A DNA stretch of 64,000 bases from an uncultured Gemmatimonadaceae bacterium (GCA_963781585.1 CAWAGQ010000004.1:64001-128000); one strand, 5' to 3'; positions 18,924 to 28,611 are shown, counted from the first letter of the stretch. Numbers and translations: made by a program. The notes: generated by a model from the sequence alone, not told the origin.

Positions 18924-19032
18924 TGCAGGGGGCGACGTCCGCGCGGCTTGGTGTTGCCGTGGGGCGCCGTGTCATCACGCCTCCAGGGTGGGGTCACTGG
19001 TTTCAGGTGGCCAGTGTTGGCGAGGTAGGATC

Positions 19033-19623
19033 ATGTCAGCGATAGACGATCTGGCCACGGAGCTTGCCAGGCTGCCCGGGATCGGACGCAAGACGGCGTT
19101 ACGGCTCACGTACCACCTGCTCAAGCAGCCGCGGGAGCAGGGTTTGCGCCTTGCACGGGTGCTCGAGACCCTGGCCGTGCGCGTACGCCACTGTGATCGC
19201 TGTTTCAACCTCACCGAGGACACGCTCTGCGCGGTCTGTCGTGATCCACGTCGTGACCAGAGCGTTATCTGCGCCGTCGAAGAAGCGTCAGATATCGGCG
19301 CCATCGAGCGATCGGCGGAATACCACGGGGTCTACCATGTCCTCGGGGGCCGCCTTGCTCCGCTCGACGGAGTCACACCGGAGGATCTGACAGTCGCGCG
19401 CCTGGTGGCGCGCGTACGGGAGGGGGGTGTACGCGAGGTGATTACGGCGACAAATCCGAGCGTCGAAGGGGAAGCCACGGCGCTGTATGTGCAGGAGTCC
19501 CTGGCCGGCCTGGGGGTGCGCGTGACGCGCATCGCGCGGGGCCTGCCGGTGGGAGGTGACCTGGAGTACGCAGACGGGGTGACAATCGCGCAGGCGCTCG
19601 CGGCGCGCCGCGAGATGGCGTGA
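19033..19623 (+). CDS. recR: Recombination mediator RecR
   Basis: LPGIGRKTA, C4 zinc finger, YHVLGG, EGEATALY, GDLEYAD. Confidence 0.97.
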   Translation: MSAIDDLATELARLPGIGRKTALRLTYHLLKQPREQGLRLARVLETLAVRVRHCDRCFNLTEDTLCAVCRDPRRDQSVICAVEEASDIGAIERSAEYHGVYHVLGGRLAPLDGVTPEDLTVARLVARVREGGVREVITATNPSVEGEATALYVQESLAGLGVRVTRIARGLPVGGDLEYADGVTIAQALAARREMA

Positions 19624-19749
19624 ACACCGTTCAGCGGGAGAGTGGCGTCGACAGGGCAGGGGGAGGCCAGCGGACCGGGCTCCCCGGCACGCGGACGCAG
19701 GCGCTCGTGCTCCGGGCGCTGACTACCTAACGACGAGCGACACACACCA

Positions 19750-20238
19750 ATGCCGATTGGGGCAACCAGCTGGACGTTCACCCAGGATGATAACGACGCC
19801 ATCACGCGCCTGATGCAGGCGTTCCTGCACGCGACCGACGCGCGCTGCGCGCTGCTGGTGGACCGGAGCGGCCAGCTGGTCACGACCGCGGGAGAGCGCC
19901 CGACCTTCGACCCCACGGCGTTCGCGACCCTGACCGCCGCGGACTTCAGCGCCAACGATCAACTGGCCCGTCTGGTCGGCGAGACCGATTTCTCCACCCT
20001 CTTTCACCAGGGTGAGCGCGAATCGATGCTGCTGGCCGACGTCGGCCGGAAGGTGATCTTCGTCGTCCTGTTCGACACGCGCACGACGCTGGGGCTCGTC
20101 CGGCTGCGGATGCGCGGCACCGTCGAGGAGCTCGCGCGGCTGCTCGACTCCATTCTCGCCCGAAGCAGTGCGCCCGGCGCTCAGCGCCCCGCGTTGCTCG
20201 CGGACGCCGATGACGAAATCGATCGACTCTTTCAGTAG
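19750..20238 (+). CDS. mglB: Roadblock/LC7 protein MglB (GAP for MglA)
   Basis: LLVDRSGQL, FSTLFHQGE, TTLGLVRLR, DDEIDRLF; directly upstream of mglA. Confidence 0.9.
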   Translation: MPIGATSWTFTQDDNDAITRLMQAFLHATDARCALLVDRSGQLVTTAGERPTFDPTAFATLTAADFSANDQLARLVGETDFSTLFHQGERESMLLADVGRKVIFVVLFDTRTTLGLVRLRMRGTVEELARLLDSILARSSAPGAQRPALLADADDEIDRLFQ

Positions 20239-20253
20239 CCCGGGGCGCGTCGC

Positions 20254-20931
20254 ATGTCGATGATCAACTACGCCTCGCGCGAGATCAACTGCAAGATCGT
20301 CTATTACGGCCCGGGACTGGGCGGCAAGACCACCAATCTCGAACACGTCTACAAGAAGGTCGCCCCGAGCACGCGCGGGAAGCTCATCTCACTCGCCACC
20401 GAGACCGAACGCACGCTGTTCTTCGATTTCCTACCGGTCGACCTCGGAACCATTCGCGGCTTCAAGACGCGCTTCCACCTGTACACGGTGCCCGGACAGG
20501 TGTACTACAACGCGAGTCGAAAACTCATCCTGAAAGGCGTGGACGGGATCGTGTTCGTGGCCGACTCCCAGCTTGACCGGATGGAAGCCAATCAGGAGTC
20601 GATGCAGAACCTGTACGACAACATGTCGGAGTACGGCTACGACCTCACACGCATGCCGTTTGTCATTCAATACAACAAGCGGGATCTCCCGAACGCCGCC
20701 CGACTGGCCGAACTGCAGACCGCGCTCAATCCCGGATGGGAGCTCGGCGAACCCGACCGGCAACGACTGGCTCCCGACCCCTACCATGCCGGGGAGTTTC
20801 TCACCTCCCGCCTGGACACAGGTGAATGGATCGAGCGAGCGACGTATTTTGAGGCTGTTGCCGTGACGGGCGAAGGCGTATTCGATACCTTGAAGGCCAT
20901 CTCGAAACTGGTGCTGAAGTCGCTCAGCTAG
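20254..20931 (+). CDS. mglA: Small Ras-like GTPase MglA
   Basis: [38 protein letters not shown]. Confidence 0.95.
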   Translation: MSMINYASREINCKIVYYGPGLGGKTTNLEHVYKKVAPSTRGKLISLATETERTLFFDFLPVDLGTIRGFKTRFHLYTVPGQVYYNASRKLILKGVDGIVFVADSQLDRMEANQESMQNLYDNMSEYGYDLTRMPFVIQYNKRDLPNAARLAELQTALNPGWELGEPDRQRLAPDPYHAGEFLTSRLDTGEWIERATYFEAVAVTGEGVFDTLKAISKLVLKSLS

Positions 20932-21048
20932 GGGCGCACAGCGCGCCGGGGGGCGACGGGAGCATTGGTGTAAAGGTCGGAACAGTCGTTTTGGGGCGGT
21001 GTCGCTTGCGCCGCCCGACGGAGCGACAGCAGCCGGATTCGGAGATCG

Positions 21049-21789
21049 ATGAATCTGCCCAACGCCCTCACGGTCGGGCGCATCGCCGCCACACCGCTGA
21101 TCGCCGCCCTGGTGATCAACGCGGGATGGCAACCTCGGCTTTCCGCCTGGGTGCTCTACATCGCGGCGGCAGTCACCGACTACATAGACGGCAAGATGGC
21201 GCGCGATCGGAACCTGGTCACTAACCTGGGGAAGCTACTCGATCCGCTGGCAGACAAGCTCCTCCTGATCGCCACACTGGTGCCGATGTACCTCCTGATG
21301 CGTGACGTCGCCTTCTTCTCGTCGCTTCCACGGCACGATGCCTGGGCGGCCGGCGCGACGGTGGGACCCGTTCTGGCAGGGACATCGGGGTCGCGACTGG
21401 CCTTTCCGTTTGTGACGCCGTTCGGTCTCGTCGGCCTTCCCGTCTGGATCATGGTCCTCGTTCTGGGGCGCGAGCTCTTCATGACGGCGTTCCGGCAGTT
21501 CGCGGCGCATCGAGGCATCATCATCGCCGCCATCGGCCCCGCGAAACTCAAGACGATCTTCCAGTCGATCTGGGTGGGTGCAGCGTTCTTCTGGTTCATG
21601 GCCGCGACCGCTGCGTCGGAACATCGCTGGCATGGCGCCGCCTGGAACGCCTTTGCCATGTTCAACGGGACCGTGGGCACCCTCTCGATGGTGCTGGCTG
21701 TCGGCCTGACGATTTACTCCCTGGCGCTCTATCTGCAGCGGTATGGCGGCCTCCTTCTCCGGCCCGCTGGGGTCCGGCGCGCGCAGTGA
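21049..21789 (+). CDS. pgsA: CDP-alcohol phosphatidyltransferase (PgsA-like)
   Basis: MNLPNALT, TDYIDGKMAR...GKLLDPLADK; pgsA-cinA synteny. Confidence 0.85.
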   Translation: MNLPNALTVGRIAATPLIAALVINAGWQPRLSAWVLYIAAAVTDYIDGKMARDRNLVTNLGKLLDPLADKLLLIATLVPMYLLMRDVAFFSSLPRHDAWAAGATVGPVLAGTSGSRLAFPFVTPFGLVGLPVWIMVLVLGRELFMTAFRQFAAHRGIIIAAIGPAKLKTIFQSIWVGAAFFWFMAATAASEHRWHGAAWNAFAMFNGTVGTLSMVLAVGLTIYSLALYLQRYGGLLLRPAGVRRAQ

Positions 21790-21820
21790 TGCTGCGGGCG
21801 AGAAGAGCAGTTTCCCGTTA

Positions 21821-21942
21821 TCAGGTGCCAGCGTTCAGCGATCAGCCTTCAACGGACAGGTGATCCGACTGCTGTCGCTCACCTGCCCAATCAACGCTGC
21901 CCCCAGATCGCTGAACGCTGACCGCCGAAAGCGGACCGCTGG
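21821..21942. repeat. Inverted array of 7-bp units in the pgsA-cinA spacer
   Basis: Perfect 15-bp inverted repeat CAGCGTTCAGCGATC (21829-21843) / GATCGCTGAACGCTG (21906-21920), embedded in TCAGCNN and NNGCTGA heptamer runs. Confidence 0.7.
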
Positions 21943-21945
21943 TCC

Positions 21946-23202
21946 ATGAACGTCGAACTGGTCACGATCGGCGATGAGTTGCTGCTCGGCGAGACGGTCG
22001 ACGGGAATGCCGTGTGGCTGGCGCGGGAACTCGGTGCCCTCGGCGTTATGGTCGTCAGGCGGACGACGGTGGGCGACGAGGCCCGCGACATTGCCGACGC
22101 CGTACGGGGCGCGCTCGATCGGACCGGCGCGGTTATCACGACCGGCGGCCTCGGTCCCACCGCCGACGATCGCACCAAGCCGGCCATCGCGGCGCTGTTC
22201 GGACGCACCCTGACCTTCAACGCCGACCTCTGGGAGGGACTGCGGCGCCTCTGGCGTATGCGCGGCCGTTCCGGCGAACCGCCGGAGGCCAATCGGCAGC
22301 AGGTGATGATTCCTGCCGGAGCCACGATCCTGTCGAACCGTCATGGCACGGCCCCGGCGATCCTGCTGTCCGACGAGGCGGACCGATGGGTCGCCATGCT
22401 CCCGGGTGTGCCGCGCGAGATGCGCGGTATCCTCGCCGACGAACTGATCCCGTGGCTGCGCCAGCGCATGAGCGGGCCGCCACAGGTCATACGCTCACTC
22501 GTCCTTCGCACCACGGGGGTGGCCGAATCGCTTCTCGCGGACCAACTCGCTGAGGACGCAGTGGGGTTTCCGGGGGTTTCGCTGGCTTATCTTCCGGGCC
22601 AGGAGGGCGTGGACCTGCGGCTCACGGTGCGCAGCGTTCCACCGGGCGAGGCCGACGCGCTGCTCGAGCAGGCCGCGGCGCGGCTTCGGGAGCGCCTTGG
22701 TCGCCGACTCTACGCCGAGGGTTCGGTGGACCTCGCGGCCGTGGTGCTGGCGCGGTGCCGCGCGAGCGGCCTGCACCTGGCGGTGGCAGAGAGCTGCACC
22801 GGTGGATTGCTCGGAGCCCGCCTAACGTCGATTCCCGGGTCGAGCGACGTGGTCCTGGGCGGCGTGATCGCCTACGCCAACGACGTCAAGACGGCCCTGG
22901 GCGGCGTCAGTGACGAGATCCTCCAGCGGCACGGCGCGGTGAGCGAGGAAGTGGCTCGCGAGATGGCGGCCGGCGTTCGGGCCGCGCTCGGCGCCGAGAT
23001 TGGCGTCGGCATTACCGGCATCGCTGGACCAGGAGGAGGCACGCCTGACAAGCCGGTCGGGCTGGTCTTCATCGCGGTACAGTTCGATATGCAAGCTCGC
23101 GCCTACGGGGGGCAGTTCGTCGGGGACCGCGCTGAAATCCGCTTTCGCGCTACCCAGGCCGCGCTCGACATGATCCGTCGCGGACTCGACGGCCCGGCGT
23201 AG
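21946..23202 (+). CDS. cinA: Competence/damage-inducible protein CinA (molybdopterin-binding domain plus NMN deamidase)
   Basis: IGDELLLG, GGLGPTADD, LPGVPREM, AESCTGG, TGIAGPGGG. Confidence 0.95.
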   Translation: MNVELVTIGDELLLGETVDGNAVWLARELGALGVMVVRRTTVGDEARDIADAVRGALDRTGAVITTGGLGPTADDRTKPAIAALFGRTLTFNADLWEGLRRLWRMRGRSGEPPEANRQQVMIPAGATILSNRHGTAPAILLSDEADRWVAMLPGVPREMRGILADELIPWLRQRMSGPPQVIRSLVLRTTGVAESLLADQLAEDAVGFPGVSLAYLPGQEGVDLRLTVRSVPPGEADALLEQAAARLRERLGRRLYAEGSVDLAAVVLARCRASGLHLAVAESCTGGLLGARLTSIPGSSDVVLGGVIAYANDVKTALGGVSDEILQRHGAVSEEVAREMAAGVRAALGAEIGVGITGIAGPGGGTPDKPVGLVFIAVQFDMQARAYGGQFVGDRAEIRFRATQAALDMIRRGLDGPA

Positions 23203-23403
23203 CGGCGTGGCAGCGCGCACCCAGCATTCGGGCTGGCGTTCTGCCGAATCGACGCGCTCCGTCGGCATGAGCGTTGCGAGCCGCTGACCTGGTGTCGAGA
23301 TTTCTCTCGATATCGGGCGAGATGCCAGCCGCGTTCGACGGCCGGTTACCCCGACTCTGGATCCGCTGACACTCGGAGGGTCAATCCTCCGTTCTCGATC
23401 AAC

Positions 23404-24063
23404 ATGGACAAACGTCGATTCAAGGACAGACTGCGCGAGACGGGTGAGGACCTCGCCGCCGACCCGGCGGGCGCGTCGGGAGGGGGCGCAGCAGATGGGC
23501 GTCACGCCGATGCCGGGGAGAATCCCGATCAGGCGCCGGAACCGGAATCGGACCTCGGCGCTATTCTCCCGGACCCCAGGGACGCCTCCGTGGCATCGCC
23601 GCAGAGTGTGGAGGTCGGGCTCGAGCGCGACCTGAAGGAACAGCAGGAGAGGTACCTTCGCCTCGCTGCCGAATTCGACAACTACCGGAAGCGCAGCGCA
23701 CGGGAACGGCAGGAGGCCGGCTGGCGTGCCCAGAGTGATCTCGTTCTCGGGCTGATCGAGTCGCTCGATGATATCATGCGGTTCGCGCACGTGGATCCCT
23801 CGACTGTCGACGTGCACACCGTCGTCCAGGGCGTCGCGCTCGTCGAGAAGAAGATCTTCAAGACGCTTGGTGGTCACGGCCTCGAGGTCGTCAATCCGGT
23901 CGACCAGCTGTTCGATCCCGCATTCCACGAGGCGGTGGGCACTGAACCCGCCCTGTCGCGCGAAGACGATCATCTCGTCGCCAAGGTCTATCAGCCGGGC
24001 TACGTGTTCCGAGGTCAGCTGCTCCGACCGGCACGCGTGGTGGTCAGGCAATGGCTCGACTGA
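23404..24063 (+). CDS. grpE: Nucleotide exchange factor GrpE
   Basis: LRLAAEFDNYRKR, FDPAFHEAV, GY...LLRPARVVV. Confidence 0.95.
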   Translation: MDKRRFKDRLRETGEDLAADPAGASGGGAADGRHADAGENPDQAPEPESDLGAILPDPRDASVASPQSVEVGLERDLKEQQERYLRLAAEFDNYRKRSARERQEAGWRAQSDLVLGLIESLDDIMRFAHVDPSTVDVHTVVQGVALVEKKIFKTLGGHGLEVVNPVDQLFDPAFHEAVGTEPALSREDDHLVAKVYQPGYVFRGQLLRPARVVVRQWLD

Positions 24064-24080
24064 TCGCTCGCTAGGTCGCG

Positions 24081-25217
24081 ATGGCCCAGACAAAGGACTT
24101 CTACTCCGTTCTCGGCGTCTCCTCCACAGCGTCGCAGGACGAGATCAAGAAGGCGTACCGTCGCCTTGCAAAGCGATACCATCCGGACGCCAATCAGAAC
24201 GACCCGAAGGCCGCCGACCGATTCAAGGGAATCTCGGAGGCGTATCAGGTCGTCGGTGACGCGGAAAAGCGAAAGCAGTACGACGACATGCGGCGATATG
24301 GCGCCTTCTCCGGTGGTTTCAGTGGTGGTCGTCCCCGGCCCGGCGGCGCCGGCCCGCGACCGGGCGCGCCGGGCGGCGATTCGGGCAATTTTCAGTGGCA
24401 GGGATTCGACATCGGGGGACTGGGGGGCCTGGGAGACCTGTTCAGTTCGATCTTCAGCGGTGGTGTGCGCGGCTCCGGTCGCTCGCGAGGCGCCGAGACC
24501 GGACAGAGCGTGGAGACCACGCTCGAGGTCCCCTTTCGAGTGGCCGCGCTCGGCGGCAAGGTACCGATCGAGCTTGAGGTGACCGAAGAATGCCCCGTAT
24601 GCCACGGAACGGGAGCGGCTCCGGGAGCGAGCGTGAAGGTTTGTCCCGAATGCTCCGGGCGCGGTGTCATTTCATTCGGCCAGGGTGGATTCGCGGTCAA
24701 TCGACCGTGCCCGCTCTGCATGGGCCGCGGTCAGATTCCGACGGACCGGTGCCCGACCTGCGACGGCGCCGGAGAAGTCCGTACACGCAAGAAGGTGGTC
24801 ATCTCGGTGCCCCCCGGCACCGACAGCGGGATGAAGGTCCGCGTGAAGGGGCAGGGAGGCAGCGGCAGGTCCGGCGGTGCCGCCGGCGATCTGCTCATCA
24901 CGTTTCAGGTGCTCCCCGACAAGTTCTACCGGCGCGAGGGGACAGACCTGATCGCACCCGTCCCGCTCAACATCGCGCAGGCGACGTTAGGCACGAAGAT
25001 CAGCGTGCGCACACTGGACGGCAAACGCGTTGCGATCCGCATTCCCGCCGGCACGCCGTCGGGAAAGCGCTTCCGGGTGCGCGGTCACGGGATCGCGAAG
25101 GATGGGCGCCGAGGCGATCTCATCGTGGAGACCACCATTACCGTTCCCGAGAAGCTGTCCGAGGAGCAGGAGCGGAAGATGCGCGAATTCGCGGAAGCCG
25201 GCGGTCTGAAGTTCTAG
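24081..25217 (+). CDS. dnaJ: Chaperone DnaJ
   Basis: J domain with HPD, G/F region, four CxxCxGxG repeats. Confidence 0.97.
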   Translation: MAQTKDFYSVLGVSSTASQDEIKKAYRRLAKRYHPDANQNDPKAADRFKGISEAYQVVGDAEKRKQYDDMRRYGAFSGGFSGGRPRPGGAGPRPGAPGGDSGNFQWQGFDIGGLGGLGDLFSSIFSGGVRGSGRSRGAETGQSVETTLEVPFRVAALGGKVPIELEVTEECPVCHGTGAAPGASVKVCPECSGRGVISFGQGGFAVNRPCPLCMGRGQIPTDRCPTCDGAGEVRTRKKVVISVPPGTDSGMKVRVKGQGGSGRSGGAAGDLLITFQVLPDKFYRREGTDLIAPVPLNIAQATLGTKISVRTLDGKRVAIRIPAGTPSGKRFRVRGHGIAKDGRRGDLIVETTITVPEKLSEEQERKMREFAEAGGLKF

Positions 25218-25855
25218 GCCGCCATTGCGCGTCGCCGGCGGAAGGCTGCCCCCAGACCCCCCAATCCGCTGGCCAGCAGGAGCAGGCTCGTCGGCTCGGG
25301 CGCGACGTTGGTGCCGCCTCCGTCCAGGGTTGGCGTATCGCCCGGCGGCGGCGTTGACGGGTCGATGATCACCTGCGGCTGTGGCGGCGTGAAGCGGACG
25401 TCGTCCACGCTCAGCGTGCCGTACCCTTCGTAAACCCAGAACCGAACCTCGTCCACGCTCCCGGCATATCCCGGGTTCACCGGAATCGGACTGCCCTGAA
25501 GAAGGAATGAGCCGGTGTAGACGCTCGTCCCACCGAGCAGCAGCTCGAGGTAGTAGGTGCCAAATCCACTCGCCGACATTCCTCCGAACGACACCGGGCC
25601 ATTGAGAAACGTCCAGCCCATGGCCAGGCCCGCGCTGAGGTAATTCGGTGAAGAGGATGCGGCATTCCAGGTTGTCGGACTGCTCTGGCAGGTGACCCCC
25701 GCGGTCAACGCGATCCAGCTCTGGTACGTGCTGAGCGGAGTACCCGAGCAGGGGTTCAGATTGTCGAAGTTCAAGGTTACCTGCTGCGCCCCTGCGGTGG
25801 CGGACAAGGCCGCACCTGTCGCGAACACGATAATTGCAGTGTTGAGTTTCTTCAT
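25214..25855 (-). CDS. PEP-CTERM sorting-domain protein
   Basis: Signal peptide (AGA-QQ); C-terminal VAPEPTSLLLLASGLGGLGAAFRRRR. Confidence 0.9.
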   Translation of the reverse strand: MKKLNTAIIVFATGAALSATAGAQQVTLNFDNLNPCSGTPLSTYQSWIALTAGVTCQSSPTTWNAASSSPNYLSAGLAMGWTFLNGPVSFGGMSASGFGTYYLELLLGGTSVYTGSFLLQGSPIPVNPGYAGSVDEVRFWVYEGYGTLSVDDVRFTPPQPQVIIDPSTPPPGDTPTLDGGGTNVAPEPTSLLLLASGLGGLGAAFRRRRAMAA

Positions 25856-25914
25856 GCCGGCCCCACCTCAGGTTCAGCAACCGGGGGACATCCAGTGCTG
25901 GTACCCAATGCTTG

Positions 25915-25930
25915 AGCATGCTTCGGGCCA
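25915..25930 (-). promoter_or_regulatory. Putative sigma54 (-24/-12) promoter of the PEP-CTERM gene
   Basis: Minus strand TGGCCCGAAGCATGCT = GG-N10-GC, close to TGGCACGN4TTGCW. Confidence 0.55.
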
Positions 25931-26135
25931 TCGGCCATTCATGGGGGCGTTCGGCTTCCTCGGCTATCTTGCAAGCCGTTCTGGTTGTTGATATTACGAC
26001 GTCGCTGTTGTGTGACACCGAGCCTTGATTTTCTGCCACTACGTGTTGCTCGCGGCGGTCACATCCCGGGTTGGAGCCGAACAGGCTCAACAACAAAGGG
26101 CTACCGAAAGTGGCGGACGGGGGGCGTTGGGGCAG

Positions 26136-27284
26136 CTATGCGGCGAGCACGGGCAGGGCGGTACGTGCCTGGCCGGCCCGCTCTATCACGCCGCCACCAA
26201 CAACGCGGTCGTCATCGTACAGGACGAGCGACTGACCAGGGGTGATGGCTGCAACGGGCTCGTCGAGCGCGAGTTCGACCTCGTGAGGGTCCAGCCGGAT
26301 GATCTCGGCTGGCGAGGCTGGCGCGCGGTGACGAATCTGGAGTGTGACACGCTGACCCACTTGTGGCGACGCACCCAGCCAGTTGGTCTCCCGCGCCACG
26401 ACGCCGCGACCAAGGAGTGATTCCCGTGGTCCGATCACCACGGCGCGCGACTCTGGTCGGATGGCAATGACATACATCGCCCCGGCGAAGCCCCCAGGGA
26501 GACCGCGGCGCTGGCCAATGGTGTAGCGCGCGTAGCCGGCATGCTCGCCGACGATCCGACCGTCACTCAGGATGATTGGCCCGGTGGCGAGCGCCGGCGC
26601 GTCGGCGCCCAGGCGCCTGGCGATCACGCGCGTGTGATCACCATCCGGGACAAAGCAGATGTCCTGGCTCTCGATCTTCTCGGCAACGACGTCGAGCCCA
26701 AGATCGCGAGCTCGAGCGCGGGTTTCGGTCTTGGAGAGGAAGCCGATGGGGAGAAGCATGCGACGGACCACGCGCCGATCGATGCCCCACAGGAAGTAGG
26801 ACTGGTCCTTCCGTGCGTCGGCTCCACGATACAGCGCGCCGTCGATCACTCTGGCGTAATGCCCGGTGGCAATGAAGTCGGCGTCGATGGCGTCGGCCTT
26901 CCGGACCAGATCGCGGAACTTCGTGAACGTGTTGCAGCGCACGCACGGAATCGGGGTTCGGCCGCGCGCGTATTCCTGCACGAAATCGTCGACCACATCG
27001 CGGCCGAAGTCGCGCTCCATGTTCAGCACATAGTGCGGAACTGATAGCCGCTCGCAGACCCGTCGCGCGTCGTTGATGGAATCGAGTGAGCAGCACGGAC
27101 GGTCGGGGACCGCGTCGCCATAACAGAACAATTTCATGGTGACGCCGACGACTTCGAACCCCTGCTCGCTGAGCAGCGCGGCGGCTACGGAGGAATCGAC
27201 TCCGCCGGACATGGCCACCAGACAGCGTCCTCTCACGCGCGGCTTCAGATCCAGCATCCAACGCGACCGGTGGGTTCCCGGCAT
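26136..27284 (-). CDS. mnmA: tRNA 2-thiouridylase MnmA
   Basis: AMSGGVDSS, PCVRCN, ATGHYA, KDQSYFL, ESQDICF, YTIGQRRG, TPGQ. Confidence 0.97.
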   Translation of the reverse strand: MPGTHRSRWMLDLKPRVRGRCLVAMSGGVDSSVAAALLSEQGFEVVGVTMKLFCYGDAVPDRPCCSLDSINDARRVCERLSVPHYVLNMERDFGRDVVDDFVQEYARGRTPIPCVRCNTFTKFRDLVRKADAIDADFIATGHYARVIDGALYRGADARKDQSYFLWGIDRRVVRRMLLPIGFLSKTETRARARDLGLDVVAEKIESQDICFVPDGDHTRVIARRLGADAPALATGPIILSDGRIVGEHAGYARYTIGQRRGLPGGFAGAMYVIAIRPESRAVVIGPRESLLGRGVVARETNWLGASPQVGQRVTLQIRHRAPASPAEIIRLDPHEVELALDEPVAAITPGQSLVLYDDDRVVGGGVIERAGQARTALPVLAA

Positions 27285-27306
27285 GGCGCCGGTACTGGGG
27301 TCTGCA

Positions 27307-28470
27307 TCACGCGTAGGTCATCCCCGAGAGCTTGCGCGCCCTGGCAATGAGAGCGGGAAAGAGCTCGGCCACGCGCTCGACGTGCTCCGCCGTCGTCAGG
27401 CTTCCAAGGCTGATGCGGATCGCTCCTGCCGCGAGCTCGTGCGGGACGCCAATGGCCGTGAGCACGTGCGACGGGTCCACGTTGCCGCTCTGGCAGGCGG
27501 AGCCTGCGGAGCACGCCACGCCCTTGAGGTCGAGCGCCATCAGCATCGACTCGCTGTCAGTGCCCGGCACCGAGATGTTGAGGATGTGAGGCGCGCGGGG
27601 CGCATCCCTGCCATGCACGCGGGCGTCTGGAATGCGCTCGACAAGGGCGGACTCCAGCGCGTCGCGGAGTGTCTCGAGCCGTCGCCACTCTTCCTCGCGT
27701 TCGACGGCGGCGAGCTCTACTGCCCGGGCAAAGCCGACAGCCAGAGCGACGTTTTCGGTCCCTGGGCGGCGTCCGCGATCCTGCGTCCCGCCGTGCAGCA
27801 GGGGTTCCACTGGCGAGCCACGACGAATGTAGGCGGCGCCGATGCCCTTTGGCGCGCCGATCTTGTGCCCCGAGATCGTGAGATAGTCCACCGGTGTCGA
27901 CGCGACATCGATCATCACCTTGCCGAACGCCTGCACGGCGTCGCTATGAAAGAAGGCCCCGCGGGCCTTCGCGACGACGGCAAGCGAGGCGATGTCCTGG
28001 ATGACGCCGATCTCGTTGTTCACCCACATCACGGAACAGACCGCGACTGCGTCATCCACCAGCTGCTCGAAGCTCTCCCGCCGGACCAGGCCGTCCCGGT
28101 CCACGGCCACCAGGCGCTCTTCGCCTCCCTCACGCACCACTTCATGCACGGCGCCCAGGACAGCCTTGTGCTCGATCGGTGTCGTCACGAGTGCGCGCCG
28201 CGCATGCCGGATGGCGCGCCAGGCGCCCAACACCGCCAGATTGTCCGCCTCGGTACCTCCCGATGTGAAGCAGATCTCGTCTGGGAACGCGCCAATGGCG
28301 CGGGCCACCCGCTCGCGAGCCTCGTCGAGGGCGGCGCGCGCCTCGCGACCCCATCGATGGGTGCTCGACGGGTTCCCGAAGCGCGGCCCAAAGAACGGCA
28401 GCATGACCTCGAGCACCTCGGGCCGAACCGGGGTGGTGGCGGCATGGTCGAGATAGATCGGAGCGGGCAT
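27307..28470 (-). CDS. iscS: Cysteine desulfurase (IscS/NifS class)
   Basis: YLDHAATTP, SGGTEADN, HSDAVQ, SGHKIG, SAGSAC. Confidence 0.93.
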   Translation of the reverse strand: MPAPIYLDHAATTPVRPEVLEVMLPFFGPRFGNPSSTHRWGREARAALDEARERVARAIGAFPDEICFTSGGTEADNLAVLGAWRAIRHARRALVTTPIEHKAVLGAVHEVVREGGEERLVAVDRDGLVRRESFEQLVDDAVAVCSVMWVNNEIGVIQDIASLAVVAKARGAFFHSDAVQAFGKVMIDVASTPVDYLTISGHKIGAPKGIGAAYIRRGSPVEPLLHGGTQDRGRRPGTENVALAVGFARAVELAAVEREEEWRRLETLRDALESALVERIPDARVHGRDAPRAPHILNISVPGTDSESMLMALDLKGVACSAGSACQSGNVDPSHVLTAIGVPHELAAGAIRISLGSLTTAEHVERVAELFPALIARARKLSGMTYA

Positions 28471-28611
28471 GGCCGAAATATAGGATGGTTGAGGGAGGTG
28501 GAGGGCCCCGCAGCCGGTTCGCTGAATCAGGTCAACCGGCTTCGCGTCGGCGGCGCGGTGTCGCCGTTGGTGCCGCGGACCTCCACGCGTCGGGCACCCT
28601 TCGCGAAGCTC

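Noticed and set aside
23366..23395. CIRCE element upstream of grpE
   Set aside because: Only the left half (CTGACACTC) resembles TTAGCACTC; the right arm is missing.
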